IMG/VR virus record: IMGVR_UViG_3300020472_000127
Location: 1 to 28,629 of that record
Direction: 5' to 3' (one strand)
Length of the DNA: 28,629 bases
Origin: a virus
Lineage: Duplodnaviria > Caudoviricetes
This document shows, piece by piece, positions 1 through 7,900 of the stretch; positions within the stretch are counted from its first letter, which is position 1, and every line of letters starts with the position of its first letter. A program made the position numbers and the translations under genes. The notes beneath the pieces are model-generated. The model was not told the DNA's origin. It made no database searches and saw only the letters and a program-made list of their open reading frames with translations.

Positions 1-315
1 CAGTTGGTAGAATTTGAAGATAAGAAGGGGGCGGCACAGTTAAAGAAAGATCTAAACGCTTTTATCCGTGACGGTGATGAGATCATCCCTGAACTGTTCG
101 CAAACTATCAGTTGGTTAGACTTTGGAAGTTGGTTGCCAGCATAAAAGAAGATGCAATGCGTTTAATTGAAATTGATTCAGAGGTTGGGGCATTTATCGG
201 TGATGATGAAATAGACTGTGAAGGATATGTGATATATGGCAACGCTTGGGAATATAAATTGGTAGACCGTGAGGTATTCTCCCACGCTAATTTCAATATG
301 GGGGTGGGTGCTTAG
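1..315 (+). CDS. 3' end of a hypothetical phage protein (5'-truncated by the window edge)
   Basis: Frame is open from base 1 to TAA at 313-315. The C-terminus EGYVIYG..YKLVDREVFSHANF resembles a conserved cyanophage hypothetical family as I recall it. An intrinsic terminator follows. Confidence 0.75.
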   Translation, partial: QLVEFEDKKGAAQLKKDLNAFIRDGDEIIPELFANYQLVRLWKLVASIKEDAMRLIEIDSEVGAFIGDDEIDCEGYVIYGNAWEYKLVDREVFSHANFNMGVGA

Positions 316-347
316 GCACTCATCCGTTGGGGTGATGCGTTCGTGAT

Positions 348-369
348 CGGGCAGTGATGCCCGTTTTTT
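348..369 (+). terminator. Rho-independent terminator
   Basis: Stem CGGGCA (348-353), GNRA loop GTGA, stem TGCCCG (358-363), then T6 (364-369); begins 33 nt after the upstream stop codon. Confidence 0.85.
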
Positions 370-456
370 ATGGTCCGTTTATTAATTCCGATAGGTACCC
401 CTAAGCTATAAACGACCCAGATCGACCTGTATATATTCAAATCATAAAAAAATTGC

Positions 457-470
457 TGGTACTATATAAT
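457..470 (+). promoter_or_regulatory. Possible sigma70-type -10 element(s) for the AbrB-like gene
   Basis: TG-G-TACTAT (extended -10, 457-465) overlaps TATAAT (465-470), about 30 nt upstream of ATG 500. No strong -35. Confidence 0.35.
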
Positions 471-499
471 CGCAGAAAGGTCGTTTGATTTCCATTCTT

Positions 500-667
500 A
501 TGAAAAAAAATCCCGCAGAAAATTTTACGTCCATAGAGATCGACCCTATAACAGGTGAATATAAAACAGTGATACCTGAATGGATAATAAACGAATATGG
601 TTGGTATGAAGGAACTGATTTAAATTTTAGAATAGACGAAGGAGATATATTCTTAGAGGAACGTTAA
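500..667 (+). CDS. AbrB/MazE/SpoVT-like small DNA-binding protein (55 aa)
   Basis: ATG at 500 is preferred over TTG at 485. The pattern YKTVIPEWIINEYGWYEGTDLNFRIDEGDIFLE fits the swapped-hairpin consensus (IP..i...lgw.eGd.l.f.v....i.l). Confidence 0.7.
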   Translation: MKKNPAENFTSIEIDPITGEYKTVIPEWIINEYGWYEGTDLNFRIDEGDIFLEER

Positions 668-668
668 A

Positions 669-851
669 GTGGTCAAGACTAATAAGACTTATCACATTTA
701 TCTACAAGATAATTGTTTATTCAAGAATTTAAATGAATGGGAGTTTAATATTATATGGAGAAGAATCTATAAATCTTACTTTACAGAAGACTTAACATAC
801 TCAGAAATAGGGGAAGAACCGAATGAAAATTATATTGATCCTTCTTATTGA
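669..851 (+). CDS. Hypothetical cyanophage protein (60 aa)
   Basis: GTG start 1 nt after the previous stop; KTYHIYL..CLFKNL...EF..W motif familiar from cyanophage small proteins. Confidence 0.7.
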   Translation: MVKTNKTYHIYLQDNCLFKNLNEWEFNIIWRRIYKSYFTEDLTYSEIGEEPNENYIDPSY

Positions 852-876
852 CAGTATAGATAATCTGATGTATAAT
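848..876 (+). promoter_or_regulatory. Consensus sigma70 (host-type, early) promoter
   Basis: TTGACA 848-853, 17-nt spacer, TATAAT 871-876; ends 22 nt before ATG 899. The -35 box overlaps the upstream TGA stop. Confidence 0.88.
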
Positions 877-898
877 TGAATGGTAATTACAAGACATT

Positions 899-1657
899 AT
901 GGCTAAAGGATTTACTGTCAAAGCAAATACTCCCAAGACTACTAAGAAAGAACCAGAATGGGATTATGCTAAGGCAAAAGAGATGATTAAAGGGAAGACA
1001 GTAGTATTCTGTTTACCTGGTAGAGGGGTATCATACACATACTTAAAGAATTTTGTACAACTTTGTTTTGACTTAGTACAGAATGGTGCAAGCATTCAGA
1101 TCTCACAGGACTATAGTTCTATGGTAAACTTTGCAAGATGTAAGTGTCTTGGAGCAAATGTTTTACGTGGTCCTGATCAAATACCTTGGGATGGTAGATT
1201 AAAATATGATTATCAGTTATGGATTGATAGTGATATTGTATTCAATGCAGAGAAGTTCTGGCAATTAGTATTAATGGATCAGGATATTGCTTCTGGTTGG
1301 TATTGTACAGAGGATGGAAAGACTACATCTGTTGCTCATTGGTTAGATGAAGATGACTTTAAAGGTAATGGTGGAGTGATGAATCACGAAACTATTGAGA
1401 GTATCAGTAAGAGACGTAAACCATTTACTGTTGATTATGCAGGTTTTGGATGGTTATTGATTAAGCACGGTATATGGGAACATTCAGAAATGAAGTATCC
1501 TTGGTTTGCTCCTAAGATGCAAATCTTTGAATCAGGTGCAGTACAGGATATGTGTGGAGAGGATGTTTCTTTCTGCTTAGATGCAAAGGAAGCAGGTTTT
1601 GAAATCTGGTGTGATCCACGTATTAGAGTAGGACACGAGAAAATGAGAGTTATCTAA
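899..1657 (+). CDS. Putative GT-A fold (GT2-like) glycosyltransferase, conserved in cyanomyoviruses
   Basis: N-terminal beta strand VVFCLPG, NFARC (the 'ARN' position), DxD motif LWIDSDIVF, AGFGWLLIK, GEDVSFC and RVGH are GT-A hallmarks. Confidence 0.8.
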   Translation: MAKGFTVKANTPKTTKKEPEWDYAKAKEMIKGKTVVFCLPGRGVSYTYLKNFVQLCFDLVQNGASIQISQDYSSMVNFARCKCLGANVLRGPDQIPWDGRLKYDYQLWIDSDIVFNAEKFWQLVLMDQDIASGWYCTEDGKTTSVAHWLDEDDFKGNGGVMNHETIESISKRRKPFTVDYAGFGWLLIKHGIWEHSEMKYPWFAPKMQIFESGAVQDMCGEDVSFCLDAKEAGFEIWCDPRIRVGHEKMRVI

Positions 1658-1681
1658 TTCTTATTACATAGAGGTTATCAA

Positions 1682-1846
1682 ATGGATGTGTATACTGTTA
1701 GTATCGATAACGAAGTAAAATTCATTGATATTTCAGAGATGGAATATCTGGATCTTATGGAAGAACTGGCAGATGAGTTCTATCAGACAGGTACTCCACA
1801 TCCAGACAGTATTACATTTACAACAAAGAGGCAACCAAATGCTTGA
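1682..1846 (+). CDS. Small acidic hypothetical protein (54 aa), not in the ORF track
   Basis: MDVYTVSIDNEVKFIDISEMEYLDLMEELADEFYQTGTPHPDSITFTTKRQPNA*. GAGGT Shine-Dalgarno upstream; fills the gap; overlaps the next start by 8 nt. Confidence 0.8.
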   Translation: MDVYTVSIDNEVKFIDISEMEYLDLMEELADEFYQTGTPHPDSITFTTKRQPNA

Positions 1847-2024
1847 TATAAAGACAGTTAAGAACAAAGATTTAGGTCTATGGGAAATAACTGCAACACT
1901 TGATCTTCCACCTATAACAATCACTAGGTTGAAGAAAGACAAGAGTGACATTGAATATGAACTACGTAATGCGTTTAGTGAGGTTATTCAGGAACTTGTA
2001 GAAAAACATTGTGAGGAAGACTGA
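1839..2024 (+). CDS. Hypothetical protein (61 aa)
   Basis: Probable true start ATG 1839 (GAGG at 1828-1831) inside track ORF 1725..2024; MLDIKTVK...KHCEED*; stop overlaps the next start (TGATG). Confidence 0.7.
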   Translation: MLDIKTVKNKDLGLWEITATLDLPPITITRLKKDKSDIEYELRNAFSEVIQELVEKHCEED

Positions 2025-2170
2025 TGGCTAAAGTAAGAACAGGACTATCGGGTGATACTTATGTTGAATCACGTCCGAAAAAGTCTCGACAAGGAAACGG
2101 AAAACACTCGAAATACTCGGCAACATCCCGTAACTCGGCTCGTAAAAGAACTAGAGGGCAGGGCAAATGA
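2024..2170 (+). CDS. Small highly basic protein ending RGQGK (48 aa), not in the ORF track
   Basis: MAKVRTGLSGDTYVESRPKKSRQGNGKHSKYSATSRNSARKRTRGQGK*. GAGGA Shine-Dalgarno; coupled at both ends (TGATG and ATGA). The RGQGK ending is familiar from marine phage small proteins. Confidence 0.82.
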   Translation: MAKVRTGLSGDTYVESRPKKSRQGNGKHSKYSATSRNSARKRTRGQGK

Positions 2171-2448
2171 AGGACTTTAAAATGCCCGTTGCTGTTATTA
2201 CCTTCTTAGCAGCACAAGCAGCAGCATCTGTTTGGTACTTAGGTGGTATTAATAATAGAGTTAGTAGTCTTGAAGGTAAAAGACTTTCTGATGTCGAATT
2301 AATCTCTAAAGAGAATAGACGTTATATTAGGGAAGTTATTCAACCATCGTATAATATAAGTGATGCTTGGGCGAATCCCCATTTTGAAGCGTGGTTAAAA
2401 CAAGGAGGATGGGCAGACGCACCATCTTGTCCTTTACTTGCTAAGTAA
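2167..2448 (+). CDS. Hypothetical protein with an N-terminal hydrophobic (putative membrane) segment (93 aa)
   Basis: PVAVITFLAAQAAASVWYLGGI hydrophobic stretch followed by NNRVSSLE; ATGA overlap with the previous gene; terminator follows. Confidence 0.7.
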   Translation: MKDFKMPVAVITFLAAQAAASVWYLGGINNRVSSLEGKRLSDVELISKENRRYIREVIQPSYNISDAWANPHFEAWLKQGGWADAPSCPLLAK

Positions 2449-2455
2449 TTAAGAT

Positions 2456-2476
2456 AGACCCTTCGGGGTCTTTTTT
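2456..2476 (+). terminator. Rho-independent terminator with a cUUCGg tetraloop
   Basis: GACCC-TTCG-GGGTC followed by T6; classic T4-type hairpin. Confidence 0.92.
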
Positions 2477-2482
2477 AATGGG

Positions 2483-2490
2483 TATAAATA
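2483..2490 (+). promoter_or_regulatory. T4-type late promoter (gp55-dependent)
   Basis: Exact TATAAATA just after the terminator and at the head of the structural module. Confidence 0.85.
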
Positions 2491-2510
2491 ACAATTATTG
2501 GACTAAAATA

Positions 2511-2639
2511 ATGAATAAAGAAGACTTACGGACTGTTTGGGGTGCTGAAGACACCGAATCTGATGAAATTAAGGAAGAAAAAAGGCGTGTAATCCAAGAA
2601 ATTGCACATGATGATATAAATTCTGAAAACTTAACATAA
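2511..2639 (+). CDS. Small acidic hypothetical protein (42 aa), not in the ORF track
   Basis: MNKEDLRTVWGAEDTESDEIKEEKRRVIQEIAHDDINSENLT*; starts 20 nt after the late promoter and fills the gap before gp25. Confidence 0.65.
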   Translation: MNKEDLRTVWGAEDTESDEIKEEKRRVIQEIAHDDINSENLT

Positions 2640-2642
2640 ATA
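2635..2642 (+). promoter_or_regulatory. Late promoter variant (CATAAATA) for gp25
   Basis: NATAAATA overlapping the upstream stop codon, 20 nt before ATG 2663. Confidence 0.6.
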
Positions 2643-2662
2643 GATCAAGAAAACGCATTAAT

Positions 2663-3064
2663 ATGTCTGTTAAGAGGATATCAAGATCATTTAAAGACAT
2701 TAGTTTGTCATTTAGTGCTCATCCAGTAACCAAGGATCTAACAGTCCTAAAGAACGAAAACGCTATTAAGAAGTCGGTACGGAATTTAGTGCAAACTATA
2801 CCTACTGAAAGGTTCTTTAACCCTATTTTGGGGTCATATGTTACTAATTCCCTCTTTGATTTTGTTGATTATGGTACTGCATCCACTATTAAGGAAGAAG
2901 TTATCACCACTTTGGAGAATTTTGAACCTAGAATTGATAATATTCAGGTTGAATGTATCCCAAGACCTGATAGAAATGAATTTGAGGTTACAGTATTCTT
3001 TGAAATCGTTGGAGAAGACGTTCCAACTCAAGAATTCACATTCATGTTAGAAGCAACAAGGTAG
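2663..3064 (+). CDS. gp25: Baseplate wedge subunit gp25 (GPW/gp25 family)
   Basis: FKDISLSF..HPVTKD, AIKKSVRNLV.T...ERFFNP.LGS and FEPRI are gp25 motifs; lies directly upstream of gp6. Confidence 0.93.
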   Translation: MSVKRISRSFKDISLSFSAHPVTKDLTVLKNENAIKKSVRNLVQTIPTERFFNPILGSYVTNSLFDFVDYGTASTIKEEVITTLENFEPRIDNIQVECIPRPDRNEFEVTVFFEIVGEDVPTQEFTFMLEATR

Positions 3065-3067
3065 AAT

Positions 3068-4987
3068 ATGCCATTTACTAAGTTTACAAATCTTGATTTC
3101 GATCAAATAAAGACCTCTATTAAGGATTATATCCGTGCAAACTCCGATTTTACGGATTTTGACTATGAAGGGTCTAATTTTTCAGTATTAATTGACACGT
3201 TAGCATATAATACTTACATTACAGCATTTAACTCTAATATGATTGTTAATGAATCCTTCTTGGATTCGGCAACATTAAGGGAAAATGTTGTTTCATTAGC
3301 AAGAAATATAGGATATGTACCCAAATCTAGGACTGCTGCACAGGCAGAGATTACTTTTAATGTAGCAACTTCTAGTTCATCCCCTACAATGACCCTAGAA
3401 GCAGGTTTAGTGTGCGTTGGTGCTCAAAATAATAGTTCATATGTATTCTCTATACCAGAAAGTATTACAACAACCATTAATTCTGGTGTTGCAACCTTTG
3501 GATCACAGACAAATCCTATTGTAGTTTACCAAGGAACTTACTTAAGTAAGACATTTACTGTAGATGGATCATTAGATCAGACATTTATACTCAATAATTC
3601 CTTTATTGACACATCAACAATACGTGTTTATGTTAAAGGTTCTGCAGATACAGGTATTGGAAGAGAATATAAACGAGTTGATAACATATTAAACATAAAT
3701 TCTATCTCAGAAACCTACTTAATTCAAGAAATTCAAGATGAAAAGTATGAATTACTGTTTGGTGATGGTATTTTTGGTAAAAAATTAGAAAATGATGCAA
3801 TTATTACAGTATCTTACATTATTACTGATGGAATAGATGGTAATGGACCTGCATTATTCTCATGGGGTGGTAGTGTTTCAAACTCTGTTAAACAGAAATT
3901 ATCACCATCTTCTACACCATTAATCACAACTGTCTCATCTGCCTCTAATGGCGGCAATATTGAGTCTATTGATTCGGTTAAGTACTTTGCTCCTAGACTG
4001 TATTCATCGCAATACAGGGCGGTTACAGGCAGAGATTATGAATCTATAATCCAACAAGTATATCCAAATACAGAGTCTGTATCAGTTGTTGGTGGTGAAG
4101 AGTTGGATCCACCTGAATTTGGTACTGTTTTACTTACAATTAAACCAAAAAATGGTGAATTTGTATCTGACTTTGATAAACGAAAGATATTAGAAGACTT
4201 AAAGCAATACTCTCTAGCTGGTATAAACCAGAAAATTTTAGATCTAAAACTACTATATGTGGAATTAGATTCATATGTTTATTATAATCCAGCACAAACA
4301 ACTACACCAACTGCATTACAGACTAGAATTAGTGATGCTTTAACGACTTACTCTGCTTCAAAAGACATTAATAAGTTTGGTGGACGGTTTAAGTATAGTA
4401 AAGTATTGAATGTAATTGATAATATTGATACTGCTATAACATCTAATATTACAAAAGTTAAAATTAGAAGAAACTTAAAGGCACTTACTAATTCATTTGC
4501 ACAGTATGAATTATGTTTTGGTAATCAATTCCACATTGATGTTGCAGGAAAGAATATTAAGAGTACTGGATTTAAGATTGTAAATCAGTCTAGTACGGTA
4601 TATCTAACGGATATTCCCAATAAAGATTATAAAGGTGATTTAGATGGTAGTGGAATGGGAACATTATCTGTAATTAAAAAGGATACAAGGACAGATACTG
4701 AGATTGTTGTTGTTAAATCTGCAGGAACAGTAGATTATAATAAGGGCGAAATTATCCTATCGACTATTAATATTGTATCTACATCTAAACCAAACAATAT
4801 TGTTGAGGTTCAGGCATTCCCAGAGTCAAATGATGTTATAGGTCTGACAGATTTATACCTCAATTTTGACATGTCAAATACTACAATAAATATGGTTAAA
4901 GACACTATAACTTCTGGCGAGAAAATATCTGGTGTTGGATTTAAAGTTACGTCAAGTTATACAAACGGAGCATTAACAAGAGGATGA
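3068..4987 (+). CDS. gp6: Baseplate wedge subunit gp6
   Basis: LDFDQIK..., FTDFDYEGSN.SVLID.LAYNT, ESFLDSA.LR.NVVSLA..IGY.P.S, FGDG..GK and RAVT..DY match T4 gp6; 639 aa. Confidence 0.95.
   Translation: MPFTKFTNLDFDQIKTSIKDYIRANSDFTDFDYEGSNFSVLIDTLAYNTYITAFNSNMIVNESFLDSATLRENVVSLARNIGYVPKSRTAAQAEITFNVATSSSSPTMTLEAGLVCVGAQNNSSYVFSIPESITTTINSGVATFGSQTNPIVVYQGTYLSKTFTVDGSLDQTFILNNSFIDTSTIRVYVKGSADTGIGREYKRVDNILNINSISETYLIQEIQDEKYELLFGDGIFGKKLENDAIITVSYIITDGIDGNGPALFSWGGSVSNSVKQKLSPSSTPLITTVSSASNGGNIESIDSVKYFAPRLYSSQYRAVTGRDYESIIQQVYPNTESVSVVGGEELDPPEFGTVLLTIKPKNGEFVSDFDKRKILEDLKQYSLAGINQKILDLKLLYVELDSYVYYNPAQTTTPTALQTRISDALTTYSASKDINKFGGRFKYSKVLNVIDNIDTAITSNITKVKIRRNLKALTNSFAQYELCFGNQFHIDVAGKNIKSTGFKIVNQSSTVYLTDIPNKDYKGDLDGSGMGTLSVIKKDTRTDTEIVVVKSAGTVDYNKGEIILSTINIVSTSKPNNIVEVQAFPESNDVIGLTDLYLNFDMSNTTINMVKDTITSGEKISGVGFKVTSSYTNGALTRG
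4885..4892 (+). promoter_or_regulatory. Candidate late promoter embedded in the gp6 coding sequence, serving gp7
   Basis: AATAAATA within codons T-I-N-M, about 90 nt upstream of ATG 4984. Confidence 0.45.
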
Positions 4988-7900
4988 TAACTACAGGATT
5001 TGACAAGAGAGTCCAAGTACAGCAAATAATAGACAATCAACTCCCTGAGTTCTTAATATCAGAGAGTCCAAAGGCTGTTGATTTTTTAAAGCAATACTAT
5101 ATTTCTCAAGAATATCAGGGTGGTAATATTGATATTACCGACAATTTAGATCAATATTTAAGGTTAGATAATCTAACTCCTGAAGTTATAGTAGCAGAAA
5201 CTACTCTTTCTACTGGAATTGATGTATCTGCAACAACTGTTGATGTTGCAACCACTAAAGGTTTTCCATCTGAGTATGGATTATTTAAGATTGATGATGA
5301 AGTTTTTACTTATACTGGTATAACAACTAATAGTTTTATTGGTTGTGTTCGTGGATTTAGTGGAATTACGACATATCATTCAGAAGATAATCCTGGGGAA
5401 CTTGTTTTTAGTGATACTTCAGCAACAATTCACTCTTCTGGAGCAACTGTAAATAATTTAAGTGCCTTATTTTTAAAAGAATTCTATAAAAAGACAAAAG
5501 CAGCACTTACTCCTGGATTAGAAGATACTGAATTTGTATCAAATTTGGATGTTAGTAATTTTATAAAAGAATCTCATTCATTATATCAATCAAAAGGTAC
5601 CGAAGAATCATTTAGAATACTCTTTAACATATTATATAATGTTACTCCAAAGGTAGTTGACCTTGAACAGTATCTACTTAAACCATCTGCTGCAGAGTTC
5701 ATTAGACGTGAATTGGTGCTTGCAGAGGTCATTTCAGGCGATGTTAACGCATTAGTAGGACAAACTATCGTTAAGTCTACTGATAGTGCTACAAGAGCAT
5801 CTATATCTGAAGTTGAACCTTTTACTAGAAATGGTAAAACCTATTATAAATTAGGTTTATTTGTTGGATTTAATGATGTAGACCTTATTGAAGGTACATT
5901 TAACATTACAGGTAAAACAAAGGTTATAAACCCTGTATCTGTTGGGTCTTCTGTTATTACTGTAGATTCTACAATAGGATTTGGTGCTACTGGAACTGTT
6001 ATTTGTGGTGTTAACACATCAGTTAGTTATAGTAGTAAGTCTATTAACCAGTTTTTTGGTTGTAGTAATATCACTGATCCAATCAAAGTTTCTGATGATT
6101 TAAGATCAGATGAAGTATATTTTGGTTATGAAGGTGGTGATGTAACTAAAAGGGTAGAATTTAGAATTACTGGGGTTCTATCAAAATTTGTTCCTGTTTC
6201 TGATATTAAATTATCTTCAGTAGGAGAAAAAATTACTGTTAAGAATGTTGGTGAAAAGATACTTAATCCAGATAGTGATAAGACTAAAAAGGAAATTTTT
6301 GTTAATACTTGGATATACAACACCTCTTCTAGGTTTAGAATAGACAATATAACAGGTTCAACTGCAGTTTTATTTACTAGAGATATTGATAAGTCTAGTA
6401 TTAAAATTGATGATGAATTAGAGATATTATTGAGAGATAGTGAGATAATTGTTGCTACTGGTGTAGTAGGAAATATAACACCATCAACAGGATCAGTTGA
6501 TATAGACAACTTAGTTCTTGCATCTGGACAAGCATCTTTACCTGCAGCAGGAGAAGAATATGATTTAAGAAGAAAATTAAAGAGAGCTTTTAGTTCTGCA
6601 GAAGATATTGAATTTGGAAATTATACATTAACAAGTGATGTATCAAATGTCTATAATAAAGCAGATACTGATTTTTATGTTGCATCAAACTCATTACCTG
6701 CATATGACATTACAACATCTCTTGCAAAAGGTGTTCTTCCTGAAGCAACATCTGTCGCACCAACATATTATCTTCAGGGATATAGTAATGCAACATTAAA
6801 TTATTCTATATTATCCTTCCCCTCGAATTTACCATTTATTACTGGTGATGAGGTTTATTATGAGGCACAATCAACAGAAATGCCTGGATTATCTACAGGT
6901 GTCTACTATGTTGAAGTATTAACTAACGCAAACCAAATAAGATTATACACTTCTAGATCATTCATACCTATAGGTGATTGTGTAAAATTTAATGTACTCT
7001 CTGCTGGTTCTGGAACCCATACATTCACTTTAGTTAGTTCTCGTAATAAGAAGATTGGTGCTCAGAAATTACTTAAGAAATTCCCATTAAATACAAACCT
7101 CAAAAACGGAAAAGGTACTAAAACCAATCCAGGTACAACTGGAATGCTTGTTAATGGTGTTGAAATTACCAATTATAAGTCTGATAATAAAATATTCTAT
7201 GGTCCAATAGAAAATGTTAAGATATTTAACACTGGTTCTGGATATGATGCACTAAATCCACCAAATCTTTCAGTGTCATCTCCTGGAACTGGAACTACTG
7301 CTTTAGTTCACCCAGTAATGAATGGTACTGTGACTGATGTTCTAGTAGATCCGCAGAATTTTGATATTGATAAGGTTATATCTGTTACTATTGCTGGTGG
7401 AAATGGTGAAGGTGCTATTTTAGCACCAGTTATTGGTAAAAGAAAGAGAGAAATATTCTTTGATGCCAGATTACATACTAATGCTGGTGGTATTAATATT
7501 AATACTGATACTTTAACATTCTTAGATTCTCATAATCTTTCTAATGCACAACCAATTTCTTACTTTAGAGATAATAATCCAGCAGTTGGTATTGGATCAT
7601 TTTTTGGTTCTAATTTAGATCAAAGTAAAACATTAATTGATAATGCAGTATATTATCCACAGATTGTTAATGCACTCACTATCAAGTTATATGAAACTCT
7701 TTCTGATTACAATGCAGGTATCAATACAGTAGGATTTACTACTGTAGGTAAGAGTGGTACTCATAGATTTAAAGTTTTTAATGAAGAAAATACATTAAAA
7801 GATATTAGAGTAATTAATCCTGGAAGTGGATATCAAAATAGAGAACTTAAGGTAAAACCTATTGGTATTAATACTATTACATCTATGATTAATTTTGTTA

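Noticed and set aside
503-510. A8 homopolymer just after the AbrB-like start codon as a phase-variation or frameshift site
   Set aside because: The frame is intact, A-rich 5' ends are common in AT-rich phages, and a single sequence gives no evidence of slippage.
1725-1838. 5' extension of track ORF 1725..2024
   Set aside because: TTG start without a Shine-Dalgarno and overlapping the better ORF 1682..1846; ATG 1839 has a GAGG site.
2838-3050. Alternate-frame + strand ORF inside gp25 (likewise 16559..16831 inside gp7)
   Set aside because: Leu/Ile-rich off-frame translations expected from AT-rich codon bias; no Shine-Dalgarno support.
2663-4987. gp25 adjacent to gp6, unlike the T4 gene order
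   Set aside because: This arrangement is usual in T4-like cyanophages, so it is not novel.
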